The notes: a model not told the origin generated them from the sequence alone. Positions 1-9,625 are shown, counted from the first letter of the stretch. The stretch is DNA of 64,000 nucleotides from a bacterium (GCA_965242885.1 CBDETH010000008.1:3374937-3438936); one strand, 5' to 3'. Translations and numbers: made by a program.

Positions 1-1
1 A

Positions 2-550
2 TTTACGGTGGTCGACCAGGAGGAGATCCGGACGGTCGAAGTCGGCGGCATCGAGGTGAAAATCCGGGTGGACCGTGTGGACCGCCTGGAGAACGGGAAT
101 CTGGTCATCCTGGACTATAAGTCCGGAGATTGCGGCCCCGCCGACTGGGAGGGTGCAAGACCGGACGAACCCCAGTTGCCCATTTACGCCGTTACCACGG
201 AAACCGAGGTGGCCGCAGTCCTGTTCGCCAGGCTGCGGGCGGGTGACCTGGCGTTCAGGGGGTTGGCCGATTCCCCGGATATCGCGCCGGGGGTCCGTGT
301 ACCGGAAAGGCAGCCGCCGATTGCGCAGACCATAAGCGGCTGGAGAGCGGTGCTGGATGAACTCGGCCGCGACTTCCGTGAAGGCCGGGCGCACGTGGAT
401 CCCAAGGAACCCGCAAAGACCTGCAGGTACTGCGACCTGCCTTCCTTATGCCGGATCAGCCAGGGCACGGTGGAACTGGAGGAGCCGGATAAACCGGTAC
501 GACCACAGGCACCGGATGAACCGGAGGAACCGGAAAATGACCGTGGTTGA
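2..550 (+). CDS. addB: AddB-type double-strand-break repair nuclease (PD-(D/E)XK family), C-terminal fragment. The 5' end lies outside the window.
   Basis: The frame is open to the window edge. It has a VILDYKSG nuclease motif and a terminal CRYCDLPSLC cysteine cluster as in AddB/RecB-family Fe-S nuclease domains. Its stop overlaps the downstream helicase start by 14 nt. Confidence 0.7.
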   Translation, partial: FTVVDQEEIRTVEVGGIEVKIRVDRVDRLENGNLVILDYKSGDCGPADWEGARPDEPQLPIYAVTTETEVAAVLFARLRAGDLAFRGLADSPDIAPGVRVPERQPPIAQTISGWRAVLDELGRDFREGRAHVDPKEPAKTCRYCDLPSLCRISQGTVELEEPDKPVRPQAPDEPEEPENDRG

Positions 551-3500
551 ACCCGCAGCGGACCAGCAGCAGCGTCTTGATGCAATCGATACCGCCCGGT
601 CGTTCATCGTCCAGGCGCCCGCGGGGTCCGGCAAGACCGAACTGCTGATCCAGCGGTTCCTGGCCTTGTTGGCAAAGGTGGACCGGCCGGAGGCCGTCGT
701 GGCCATTACCTTCACCCGCAAGGCCGCCGCGGAGATGCGCCATCGCATCGTCGCGGCCCTCGGAAGCGCCGCCGGACCGCGGCCCGATACGCCGCACGAA
801 GCCCACACCTGGCAACTTGCACGGGAAGCTGTAGCTCGAAATGATCGGCTGGGCTGGCGGTTGGCCGATCATCCGGCGCGCCTGCGCATACAGACGATCG
901 ACTCGCTCTGCGCCATGCTGGTTCGAAGGATGCCCTGGGTCTCCCGCATGGGCGCGGCGCTCCGGCCCGTAGATGACGCGGGACACCTGTACGCACGCGC
1001 GGCTCGCCGGACGGTGTCCATGCTGGATGCCGAAGGGACGCCGGCGGACGTGACCGGTGCGGTGGCCGTACTGCTTGCCCACCTGGACAACCACTTCGGG
1101 CGAGTCGAGCAGTTGCTGAGCGTCATGCTCGGTACCAGGGACCAGTGGATGCGGCACGTGGCCAACCATGGGCACCGCAGTGTGTTGCGTGAAGCGACGG
1201 CGTCTCGCGGGCCCGATGCGGCCGGTGATGACGATGCGGTCGGTGATGACGGTGCGGTCGGTGATGACGATGCCGCCGGTGATGCCGGCGCGGTCGTCAA
1301 TGCCGGTGTGGCCGGCGATGCCCCGGCGTCCCCCGGACCCGCGGCACTGCGCGACCACCTGGAGGCTTCCCTCCGGGAGGTCGTAGAGCGCGCTCTTGCA
1401 GCGGTCCAGGCCGGGTTCCCGGAGCACTTCAGGGACGAAACCGCAGCGCTCACCCGTTACGCGGCATCGAACCTGCGTGGGAGTAACCGGGCGAGTGCGA
1501 TCGACGCGTGTCACGAGATGACCGGGTTTCCGGGTTCGGATGCCGAGTCGCTCCCCTCCTGGATCGGGATCGTGGAGATGTTCCTGACCGGCCAGGGGAC
1601 CCGGCGCCGGTCCCTGAACGTCAACCATGGATTCCCGCCGACCGATGCCGGACGGGACGCAAAAGAACGACTCGCCCGCATCGACCTGGACCCCGAAACC
1701 ACCGAATCGCTGCACGAATTGCGCACACTGCCCCCTCCGCGTTTCGATGAAAGGCAGTGGGACGTCCTGAACGCGCTGATGCTCCTGCTTCCCGTGGCGG
1801 TGGAGCAGCTCAGGCTCGTCTTTCGGGAGGAAAATTGCGTCGACTTCACGGAGATCGGCATCGGCGCGCGGACCGCCCTGGGTCCGGACGAGGCGCCCAC
1901 CGACCTGGCCCGGAGCCTGGACGATCGCATCATGCACCTGCTCATCGACGAGTTCCAGGACACCTCCCAGAGTCAGTACGGCCTGCTCACCCGCCTGATC
2001 AGGGACTGGCGCCCGGATGACGGCCGGACGCTGTTCCTGGTGGGCGATCCCATGCAGTCGATCTACGGTTTTCGCGAAGCGGAGGTGGGGCTTTTCCTTC
2101 AGGCCCGTAAAAACGGGGTAGGCGCCGTCAACCCGGTCCCTCTCGCGCTATCGGTGAACTTCCGCTCGCATCCACGGGTCGTGGATTGGGTGAACCGCGT
2201 GTTGTGCGAAGCATTCCCCCCGAAGGAGGACTTCCTGTCGGGCGCGGTGACCTACGAGCCCTCCGTGGCGTTCAAGGCTGACCATCCCGACAGTTACGTC
2301 CGCTTCCATCCCTTCCTCTCCCGCGATCAGGAGGCCGAAGCAGAACGCGTCGTCGAGATTGTATCCGAGGCGCAGGCACGGCGACCGGACGGGACCATCG
2401 CCGTGCTGGTCCACGCCCGCAGTCATTTGGCCGGCATCGTTTCCGCCCTGAGAAAGAACGGGATAAGATTCCGTGCCGTGGAGATCGACGCCCTGGGGGA
2501 CCGTCCGGTGGTGCGGGACCTGCTGGCGCTCACTCGGGCGCTCCTGCATCCCGGCGACCGGCTGGCCTGGCTGGCCATACTCCGCGCGCCGTGGTGCGGC
2601 CTCACGTTGACGGATCTCGAAGCCCTGGCCGGAGGCGACGCCCCGTCCGCCGTCTGGGATCTCCTTCAGGACCCGGCGCGGCGGGAGCGGTTGTCGCCGG
2701 ACGCCCGGTCCAGGATCGACCGCATGATGCCCGTACTCGACGATGCGTTCGCCCTTCGCGCCAGATTGCCTGTCCGCCGGCTGGTGGAAGGGGTCTGGTC
2801 GGCGCTGGGAGGACCGGACTGCCTGGAGACCTGGACCGAACGCGAGGACGCGACCGCTTTTCTCGATCTCCTGGAACGGGCTCAGGACGGCCTGGGGATT
2901 CCGGACGAGAAGGTCTTCGCCGATGACGTCGCGCGCCTTTTCGCGCCTTCCGACATGGAAGCCGCCGGCGACGTGCAGCTGCTGACCATTCACCGGGCCA
3001 AAGGGCTGGAGTTCGATACAGTCATCCTGCCCGGTCTGGGCCGCCTACCGCGATCGGAGGACCCGAGGTTGCTCCTGTGGCATGAATACGCCCGCGGCGG
3101 CCGGTCCCGGCTTCTGCTGGCGCCTATTCGTCCCACCGGCGGCGAAAAGGACCCACTCTACGCCTACCTGGCCCGCATCGAATCGCAAAAGCGCGAGAAC
3201 GAAAGGACCCGGCTGCTCTACGTAGCCGCCACCAGGGCTCGTCAATGCCTGCATCTGCTCGGGCACGCCCTGCCCGATCCGGAGAACGACGCCCTGAAGC
3301 CGCCGGGTTCGCGGACGCTGCTGGCAAGAATCTGGCACGCCGTGGAGCCGGAGTTCATGGATGCGCTGAAGGATTACGAGGGGAAAGACCCGGAACGCGA
3401 AGCGGCCACGGCGAAGCCCCGGGGGGTGCCGCTGCGCCGCCTGGTTGCGGACTGGACGCCCGCACCGCCGCCCGAAGACATCGACTTTAAACCGTCTTAC

Positions 3501-4070
3501 GATCCTTCGGATGCGGGAAGCGACGAGTCGGGCCATCCCACCTTCGAGTGGGTAACCGAACTTCAGCGCCGGGTAGGCATCGTCGTGCACCAGATGCTGC
3601 AGCGCATGTACGCGCCGGATCAACTGGATTTCGACGAGGGCGGGATACGCACGGCGCTCCGGCAGGAAGGACTGGCCGGCGAAAAGCTGGACGAGGCAGT
3701 ATCCCGGGCGCTGTCCGCCCTGGGGAACACCGTCGCCGACGCAAGGGGACGCTGGATACTGTCCCGTCACCCGCGCGACGAAAGAGAACTTGCCCTGACC
3801 ACGGTCCTCGACGGCCGCCCCCAAAGATACGTCGTGGACCGGACTTTCGTGTTCGAAGGCACACGCTGGATCATCGATTACAAGACCAGCCCCCATACCG
3901 GCGGGGATCTAGAGGGTTTTCTGGATAACGAACAGCAGCGGTACCGAAGCCAGTTGGAGGGTTATGCGAGCGTTCTGCAATCGCTGGAATCCGGGCCGGT
4001 AAACCTGGGCCTGTATTACCCGATGCTGCGTGGGTGGCGGACGTGGACGTACCCGGGGAACCCGCATTGA
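537..4070 (+). CDS. addA: AddA-type UvrD/Rep helicase-nuclease (double-strand-break repair)
   Basis: Walker A FIVQAPAGSGKTELL. Helicase motifs LLIDEFQDTS, FLVGDPMQSIYGFR and LTIHRAKGLEFD. C-terminal PD-(D/E)XK motif WIIDYKTS. ATG 537 was chosen over the ORF-track start at 357, which lies inside addB. Confidence 0.85.
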   Translation: MTVVEPAADQQQRLDAIDTARSFIVQAPAGSGKTELLIQRFLALLAKVDRPEAVVAITFTRKAAAEMRHRIVAALGSAAGPRPDTPHEAHTWQLAREAVARNDRLGWRLADHPARLRIQTIDSLCAMLVRRMPWVSRMGAALRPVDDAGHLYARAARRTVSMLDAEGTPADVTGAVAVLLAHLDNHFGRVEQLLSVMLGTRDQWMRHVANHGHRSVLREATASRGPDAAGDDDAVGDDGAVGDDDAAGDAGAVVNAGVAGDAPASPGPAALRDHLEASLREVVERALAAVQAGFPEHFRDETAALTRYAASNLRGSNRASAIDACHEMTGFPGSDAESLPSWIGIVEMFLTGQGTRRRSLNVNHGFPPTDAGRDAKERLARIDLDPETTESLHELRTLPPPRFDERQWDVLNALMLLLPVAVEQLRLVFREENCVDFTEIGIGARTALGPDEAPTDLARSLDDRIMHLLIDEFQDTSQSQYGLLTRLIRDWRPDDGRTLFLVGDPMQSIYGFREAEVGLFLQARKNGVGAVNPVPLALSVNFRSHPRVVDWVNRVLCEAFPPKEDFLSGAVTYEPSVAFKADHPDSYVRFHPFLSRDQEAEAERVVEIVSEAQARRPDGTIAVLVHARSHLAGIVSALRKNGIRFRAVEIDALGDRPVVRDLLALTRALLHPGDRLAWLAILRAPWCGLTLTDLEALAGGDAPSAVWDLLQDPARRERLSPDARSRIDRMMPVLDDAFALRARLPVRRLVEGVWSALGGPDCLETWTEREDATAFLDLLERAQDGLGIPDEKVFADDVARLFAPSDMEAAGDVQLLTIHRAKGLEFDTVILPGLGRLPRSEDPRLLLWHEYARGGRSRLLLAPIRPTGGEKDPLYAYLARIESQKRENERTRLLYVAATRARQCLHLLGHALPDPENDALKPPGSRTLLARIWHAVEPEFMDALKDYEGKDPEREAATAKPRGVPLRRLVADWTPAPPPEDIDFKPSYDPSDAGSDESGHPTFEWVTELQRRVGIVVHQMLQRMYAPDQLDFDEGGIRTALRQEGLAGEKLDEAVSRALSALGNTVADARGRWILSRHPRDERELALTTVLDGRPQRYVVDRTFVFEGTRWIIDYKTSPHTGGDLEGFLDNEQQRYRSQLEGYASVLQSLESGPVNLGLYYPMLRGWRTWTYPGNPH
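1218..1325. repeat. About six copies of an 18-bp degenerate tandem repeat (GCGGTCGGTGATGACGAT-like), in frame inside addA
   Basis: Read directly from the sequence. It encodes DAAGDDDAVGDDGAVGDDDAAGDAGAVVNAGVAGD, a hexapeptide A-x-G-D-D-x array. Confidence 0.9.
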
Positions 4071-4144
4071 AACGCCCTGCGTGGCCGGCCGACACTCTGC
4101 GCGGCAGGCCAACAGGGATCGTATCGCAACCCGAGTAGGACACT

Positions 4145-5176
4145 ATGCCTGATCACACATTCCCGCTGATCGAAGTTGAGGGCAGCAGCTACGAGATGGG
4201 TTATCAACACGGCGCGCAGGCCGCCGGTCTCGTCCGCCGGTACCTCAGATGGATCGACCGGTTGACCGGGATGTCCCGGGATACGCTGTGCCGGAACGCC
4301 ATGGGTTTCTGGCCGCTGTTGGAGCGTATGAGCCCGGCCTTCTCGGAGGAGGTGCGGGGGCTGGCGGCGGGTGCGGACATCAGCCTGGAAGAAGCGGTCC
4401 TGTGCCAGGCCCGCGCCGAGGCCGCGCGGCAGTCGGTCGGGGCGTGCACCGCCTTCGCGCTGACACGGTCGGCCACGGCCGATGGAAACACGCTGGCGGG
4501 ACAGAACCAGGATCTCGAGCCGGAATACGCCGACGTCGCGCTGCTGTTACGCGTAAGACCGGGCGACGGCCGGCCCCGGGCGTTGATGTTCACCTTTGCC
4601 GGCCAACTGGGATATTCCGGAATGAACGAGCACGGCGTGGCCCATTTCGCCAATGCCCTCTATGGATGTACCTGGCGGATGGGACTGCCCCATTACCCGA
4701 TCAAGCGCCTGGCCCTGGAGCAGCGGACGGTCGAAGACTGCGTGGAGCTTCTTTCCAGGCACCGCACCTGTTCGGCCGCCAACCTGGTGTTGTGCGACGG
4801 GCAGGGACACATCGATACCGTGGAAATACGGCCCGAGGGGATTGCCCGGTACCGGGACGCCCATCCGGACGCCTGCCTGCACACCAACCACTACCTGACC
4901 CCCGCGTTCGCCGATCACGAACGTGGATACCTGCCGGATTCTTGTCCCCGGCTGGACCGCATCCGGCAACTTGTCCAGGCGGGATGGGGGTCGATCACCG
5001 TAGATACGATCAAAGGAATCCTGGCCGATCACGAAAACGATCCCGGCGGGATCTGCCGGCACGGCGCGGTCGGGATGCACTCGATTTCAGGGTACATCGC
5101 CGAACCCGATAAACGGCTGCTTCACGTGCGGCGCGGCCACGGTTGTCTGGGTACGTGGCGGGCGTATGAGGTATGA
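4145..5176 (+). CDS. Peptidase C45 / acyl-CoA:6-aminopenicillanic-acid acyltransferase-like Ntn hydrolase
   Basis: N-terminus FPLIEVEGSSYEMGYQHG and a candidate nucleophile in GACTAFAL. Length is about 340 aa, typical of the family. Confidence 0.7.
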   Translation: MPDHTFPLIEVEGSSYEMGYQHGAQAAGLVRRYLRWIDRLTGMSRDTLCRNAMGFWPLLERMSPAFSEEVRGLAAGADISLEEAVLCQARAEAARQSVGACTAFALTRSATADGNTLAGQNQDLEPEYADVALLLRVRPGDGRPRALMFTFAGQLGYSGMNEHGVAHFANALYGCTWRMGLPHYPIKRLALEQRTVEDCVELLSRHRTCSAANLVLCDGQGHIDTVEIRPEGIARYRDAHPDACLHTNHYLTPAFADHERGYLPDSCPRLDRIRQLVQAGWGSITVDTIKGILADHENDPGGICRHGAVGMHSISGYIAEPDKRLLHVRRGHGCLGTWRAYEV

Positions 5177-5187
5177 GAAACCTGCAA

Positions 5188-5967
5188 TCACACCGCCGTG
5201 TCGCCGCGAACGAGGGAAGTCGACCGGTACGCTCCGTCCTTCAACACTGGTACGCACTCGCTCGCGTCCAGCGCCGCGGCAAGCCGTACATCCTCCGCGA
5301 AACCCCTGCCGATCAACTCCTTGCCGGACCCCGACGCGCGAAGGACCGACTCCAGGTCGTCTCTGAACGCCTCGAAAACGTAGGAGGCGGTCTCGGCTTC
5401 CGGCGAACGGGTGCCTTCCAGTGCGTGAATGACGGCCCCTGCGCCGATCAGGTCTTCAATCGCGGGCCTGAGGGTCTGTTGTTGTTTCCAGCGTTCCCCC
5501 GCGGGGATGATACTGATACCGGTTTCGTATTGTCGCAGAACGCCGGCGAGCGCTGTTGCATTCCGAAGACAACCGGCGAAGGTGGGGATATCGCCGGTCG
5601 ACAAGGATAAGGTAGACCCGTTGGGAGAGGGAAGGACCAGTGCAGTACCAGCGGGGATGTCCAGCAGGGAGGAGGGGGACAGCGAATAACCGCCCCCTTC
5701 GAATTCCCGGGTGGCATTGGCCATCAGCGCATTCCGGGACCTGGCATAGGCCGCCGCCGATTGGTCCCTGCTGCGGTAAGGGTATACCAGCGCGCCGTTT
5801 GCCGCCGCGACGTCCACACTGGTGGAAAACGACAGGACGTCGACGATGACCACGGCCCGGCTGACTGGCAGCAGTTCCTGGAGCCCCTCCATTCCCCACT
5901 CGCATCGGATATCGAACGATCCCTGGTCAAAGTACATCGAAAGCTCGCTGTCTAGCCTGGCCGGCAT
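5188..5967 (-). CDS. 2-phosphosulfolactate phosphatase (ComB) family protein
   Basis: Family-like motifs VIVDVLSFSTS, YSLSPSS, LPSPNGST and IEDLIGAGAV occur in ComB order. Confidence 0.65.
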   Translation of the reverse strand: MPARLDSELSMYFDQGSFDIRCEWGMEGLQELLPVSRAVVIVDVLSFSTSVDVAAANGALVYPYRSRDQSAAAYARSRNALMANATREFEGGGYSLSPSSLLDIPAGTALVLPSPNGSTLSLSTGDIPTFAGCLRNATALAGVLRQYETGISIIPAGERWKQQQTLRPAIEDLIGAGAVIHALEGTRSPEAETASYVFEAFRDDLESVLRASGSGKELIGRGFAEDVRLAAALDASECVPVLKDGAYRSTSLVRGDTAV

Positions 5968-5969
5968 GG

Positions 5970-6164
5970 TCAGCCTGGTCCGGCCTGGGCGCTCGACTGT
6001 TCTTCGCGTTGCATGTTGCGCAGATACCGGTTCAACTTGTGCGTCTCGTAACGAAAGTCGTCGATGTGCCGGGCGATCGTCGACAACAGGATGACCACCT
6101 CGTGCAGCTCGCCACGCAGTTCATTCAGTACCTCGTTGGTCTCTTGCACTTCCGTGTTTCGCAT
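5970..6164 (-). CDS. Small hypothetical coiled-coil protein (64 aa)
   Basis: The ORF ends 2 nt before the ComB-like start. A GGGAG RBS-like motif lies about 8 nt upstream of the ATG. No recognisable domain. Confidence 0.4.
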   Translation of the reverse strand: MRNTEVQETNEVLNELRGELHEVVILLSTIARHIDDFRYETHKLNRYLRNMQREEQSSAQAGPG

Positions 6165-6239
6165 GAAATCACTCCCGATTCGGTGCGGACAAGTCTTTAG
6201 GAACGAGTGCGCACTGGGCCGGCACCCGGTGCGAAAGCC

Positions 6240-6335
6240 CGGATGCCATCATTAAACAAGATGTATAGTTACTATATAGTTTATTATTATTTCAAACGGA
6301 AGTTTAATTCACTTTTTTTGTTTCAACATGGGAAG
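6240..6335. promoter_or_regulatory. Sharply AT-rich island in a GC-rich background. Probable promoter/UP region for the 5970-6164/ComB-like transcription unit.
   Basis: The sequence attaaacaagatgtatagttactatatagtttattattatttcaaacggaagtttaattcactttttttg lies between the end of a PhyH gene and the start of the small ORF. TTGAAA and TATA-like hexamers are present on the minus strand, but with non-canonical spacing. Confidence 0.3.
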
Positions 6336-6348
6336 ATGCATCCGGTCC

Positions 6349-6404
6349 GGCCTACGTCTGTCGGCCTACGTCTGCTGGCCTACACCTGCTGGCCCGCGGT
6401 CTCC
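6349..6404. repeat. About four copies of a 14-bp tandem repeat (GGCCTACGTCTGYY) spanning the stop codon of the PhyH gene
   Basis: Read directly: ggcctacgtctgtc ggcctacgtctgct ggcctacacctgct ggcccgcggtctcc. Confidence 0.85.
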
Positions 6405-7198
6405 AGCGTGAAGGTCTCCCGGCCATCCAGACCGCACGCCACAGGATAGGTTTTTTCCCTGGGGCCGCCTTTGCCGGGGACGTAGCGGACATGGGGCGGG
6501 AAGTAAGCGTAGAGCGCCGTATTGCGTGGGTTGGGGGACCGGTTGGGACCGGATCCGTGTACCATCAGGCTGTGGAAAAAGAGCGCACTGCCGGCCTTCA
6601 GCGGCACCTCGATCTGATGGGCATCCTGCAGGTCGCGCTCTTGCGTGGGTTCCGCATCCTGTGCCTGCGCGATGAGACCCCAGTCTTTCAGACCCCAGGT
6701 GTGACTGCGCGGGATGACTTTGAAACAGCCGTTCTCGGTCGTGGCGTCGTTCAGGGCGATGCTGACGGTCACGAGCGCGGGCGGTTCGATGGGCCAGTAG
6801 GCCGAATCCTGGTGGGGCGCATGGGCGGAACCGTGAAAGGCCGGCTTGAGCATCAGGGTGCTGCGGAACAGCAGCAGGTCGGGACCGAGCAATCCACCCA
6901 CCACCCGGAGCAGCCTGGGATGGACGGATAGGTCGCGAAAGTACGGCGAGATTGCCCGCGTGTTTTCGATTTTCCTCAGCACGGGCAGGCCGTCCGGCCG
7001 GTTCGCGCCCTTCGCGTAGGGTTCGCGTTGGAATTGCGAGGATGCCGGATCGCCGGCGGACTCGAGCTCCGCCGACAGCTCGTGCAGGCGTTCGATTTCC
7101 TCGTGACATGCGGACAGTTCATCCGCCGACAGCAGGCCTTCGACGACCAGGTATCCCTCTTCCTCGAAAAAGGCCTTCTGTTGAGCCAGGCTGTTCAT
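6380..7198 (-). CDS. Phytanoyl-CoA dioxygenase (PhyH) family Fe(II)/2-oxoglutarate oxygenase
   Basis: N-terminus MNSLAQQKAFFEEEGYLVVEGLL and HQDSAYW (an HxD iron motif). ATG 7198 forms an ATGA overlap with the upstream gene's stop. The longer ORF-track start at 7477 was rejected. Confidence 0.75.
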   Translation of the reverse strand: MNSLAQQKAFFEEEGYLVVEGLLSADELSACHEEIERLHELSAELESAGDPASSQFQREPYAKGANRPDGLPVLRKIENTRAISPYFRDLSVHPRLLRVVGGLLGPDLLLFRSTLMLKPAFHGSAHAPHQDSAYWPIEPPALVTVSIALNDATTENGCFKVIPRSHTWGLKDWGLIAQAQDAEPTQERDLQDAHQIEVPLKAGSALFFHSLMVHGSGPNRSPNPRNTALYAYFPPHVRYVPGKGGPREKTYPVACGLDGRETFTLETAGQQV

Positions 7199-7641
7199 CG
7201 TTGTGTCCCCTGTGTTCTGTGCCGCCCATAGATCCAGTAAGCCAGCGCGGAAAGACCGACGAGATCGCATATGAAAACAGGCAAGCGGTATACGGCCACT
7301 TCGTCGTAACGCATCACGGCGCCGCTGGCTCCCATGGCGGTGACGAGAAACGAGCAGGCCACCAGCCGCCTTGCCCATCGGTTCCCGGCCAGCGGGGCGG
7401 CCAGGATACCGAGCAGCGCGGCATGGAATATGACGAACCCCGCATACCCGTTTCTCGTAGCCTGGGCGATCTCCCATTCATACCGGTAGTGCCAGATCAT
7501 GAGCACATGGGCGAAGACGATCAGCGCGACTGGCATCATGTGCTTCGGCCGGTGCCGGTCTGCGGCCACCAGGGCCATGTTCGCGGTCAACCCGGCGTAG
7601 CCCGTGATCGCGGCGAGAAAGGTAATCGTTTCGATATACAT
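7195..7641 (-). CDS. Hypothetical integral membrane protein (about 4 TM helices)
   Basis: Hydrophobic segments throughout. Start taken at MYIETITF (7641). Translationally coupled to the PhyH gene. Confidence 0.5.
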   Translation of the reverse strand: MYIETITFLAAITGYAGLTANMALVAADRHRPKHMMPVALIVFAHVLMIWHYRYEWEIAQATRNGYAGFVIFHAALLGILAAPLAGNRWARRLVACSFLVTAMGASGAVMRYDEVAVYRLPVFICDLVGLSALAYWIYGRHRTQGTQR

Positions 7642-7921
7642 GGTTCGCGGATGCGCTCGCGGATGGTCCTGGTCAGCCGGGATCGAAAATGCGTATGGTC
7701 CGAACGATTTTGTGCATCTTTTTAGGCGTTTCGGAGTCCAATAAAGTAGTACAGGCGGACATCGAACACGTGATTGCATCACGGCCACGATCGATTGCCC
7801 GCCAATGATCAAGGATTCGATATGACTCCGGCGCCCTGCGGGAGCATATCCAATCATCCAAGCGACGGCATTCCTTGCCGCTTCCCATGCGGCCGCCCAA
7901 ATGCCGTCGCTTTCTTTTTTG

Positions 7922-9625
7922 CTAAACCCTCCGCATGGCCCACGATTTGGCGCCCGGCAGCGTCAGCCCTTCCTGGTCGGCCCACATGGAAAGCACGTTC
8001 CAGCCTTCCTGCGCACGGCCGCTGTGGGCGTCCGTGGGCCGGCTGTTGCTGCGGCCGCGCACCTGGCGGATGTACTTCCTGTTGTTGAGCAGTTCGATGG
8101 TCAGCACGTTTCGGGTCGTTCCGGATCCCAGGTATTCGACCTTCATGGACCAGATGGACCGCGTGCCATTCGCGCAGGAGGTCAGGTACGACGCCACGCA
8201 GTGCTTCATGTGCTTGCCCTCGTAGGACAGGTCCCGGCTGTTGCGGATCTCCTCGATGCGCCAGGTCCGGATCTCCCCCGCCCTTTCATCCTCGTCCACC
8301 CACGTGTAACCGTTCACCCCGCATGATGCCCACTGGCGGGATTTCTTTGGCTGAGATCGGTTCAACCCGCGGTGCCAGGATTCCACCCGCCGAAGCATGG
8401 ATTCGGGCGTGCGGCCTTTCATGGTGAAATCCGGTTCGGGAGGATCTATGGAGCGAACGCTGCCGTCCGGATCCCGTTGCTCCTGGACGACCGTCCGCCG
8501 GTGATGGACGAAGTCGACGATCGGTCCCACGTGCGCCACGTCGAGCATGGGATGGTTCACGAAGAAGTGCAGCACGGTCTCCCAGAACGGCCCGTCCTCG
8601 AACCTTTCCCCGAGCATCGAATCGCACACCGCCTCCGCCAGCAGGTCGTCACCGCCCATCCCGATCACCTGGGCCCACCGAAGGGCCATGTCCACCGTGT
8701 ATCCGGACGGGGCGGACACGATGAACGCATGGGCCATGCGCTTGGTGAAGCGCAGTGGTATGGCGGCCTTGCGAATGTTCTGACCGGTGCCGACATGAAC
8801 GAACCAATCCTGCCGGGTCTTCGCATCGGAATCCATACCCGCGAAGAATGCCGTGTCCATGCATGCGGGCACGTCGTATTCGGCCAGGAGATGTCTCGCC
8901 AGCGCGCCGAACTGCCGCCGGCCGTTGTGGCTTTCCGGTTTCCACGCCTCCACCTTTCGGAGCCAGCGGCCGTGCCAGGCGGCCAGCGACGCCAGTCCGT
9001 CCACGAAATTGTTGGCCGGCTGCGGTCCGTATTGGGGCACGACCGGTTTGAGATGAAACAGTCTTCCCTGGCTTTCGACGTGAAGTAGGAGCGTCAGGAA
9101 GGCGGATCGGGCTCCCGGATCGAGGGGCGCGTTCTGGAAGAGATGGCGCACCCGGAGCAGCACGGGACTGGTGAGTTCCAGTTCGTCTACTTCTCCCGTG
9201 GCAATCCGCTTCAGCAAGTCTTTCCGGCGCCGCCGGTGCTGGCTGGCGGACGACCGGTCGGCCTTCTCCCGGCTGCGTGACTGCCTCCCCAACTGGATCT
9301 CGTGCCGGCGTTGCGCCTTGCTCTTCTGAAGGCCGTCCCCGGCGCCGTGCGCCCGGCACCAGGCCTGGTACTCCGCGATCGTACCCAGGCCCAGAGCGTT
9401 GATATGCGCCTCGAGTTCCGAGTCGATCCGGTGCTGTTTCGTGGTCTTCTGTGACGAGGCCAGTTCCTGCCGCCGCTGCGGCAGGGTCTTGTTGAGCCGG
9501 ACGTTGAAACCATTCTTCCGGCACCAGGTCCTGTAGGCTTCCACCGTTGCCAGGTGAAGCGAACGGAGATGGCGGCGCATCGGCGCGCTCAGTCGCGGGT
9601 CGGCCTCGAGATAGGTCTCAGGCAT
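7922..9625 (-). CDS. PcfJ-like domain protein (567 aa) of unknown function
   Basis: The C-terminal block EGKHMKHCVASYLTSCANGTRSIWSMKVE...TIELLNNRKYIRQVRGRSN resembles the PcfJ-like family signature. The N-terminus carries a duplicated motif of about 40 aa (YRTWCRKNG...QRRQE and YQAWCRAHG...QRRHE). AGGA lies about 6 nt upstream of the ATG. Confidence 0.6.
   Translation of the reverse strand: MPETYLEADPRLSAPMRRHLRSLHLATVEAYRTWCRKNGFNVRLNKTLPQRRQELASSQKTTKQHRIDSELEAHINALGLGTIAEYQAWCRAHGAGDGLQKSKAQRRHEIQLGRQSRSREKADRSSASQHRRRRKDLLKRIATGEVDELELTSPVLLRVRHLFQNAPLDPGARSAFLTLLLHVESQGRLFHLKPVVPQYGPQPANNFVDGLASLAAWHGRWLRKVEAWKPESHNGRRQFGALARHLLAEYDVPACMDTAFFAGMDSDAKTRQDWFVHVGTGQNIRKAAIPLRFTKRMAHAFIVSAPSGYTVDMALRWAQVIGMGGDDLLAEAVCDSMLGERFEDGPFWETVLHFFVNHPMLDVAHVGPIVDFVHHRRTVVQEQRDPDGSVRSIDPPEPDFTMKGRTPESMLRRVESWHRGLNRSQPKKSRQWASCGVNGYTWVDEDERAGEIRTWRIEEIRNSRDLSYEGKHMKHCVASYLTSCANGTRSIWSMKVEYLGSGTTRNVLTIELLNNRKYIRQVRGRSNSRPTDAHSGRAQEGWNVLSMWADQEGLTLPGAKSWAMRRV

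Noticed and set aside
357-536. A 60-codon N-terminal extension of the addA ORF in the ORF track.
   Set aside because: It lies entirely inside the addB coding frame. The helicase N-terminus aligns from ATG 537, just before the Walker A region.
1218-1325. A diversity-generating retroelement or programmed hypervariation as the source of the in-frame repeats.
   Set aside because: There is no reverse transcriptase, template repeat or adenine-specific mutation pattern in the window. Simple slippage of short tandem units explains the observations.
7673-7900. A 75-aa minus-strand ORF in the spacer between the PcfJ-like gene and the membrane protein.
   Set aside because: It has no RBS, a Cys/Arg-rich atypical composition and no recognisable motif. 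It is likely non-coding spacer.
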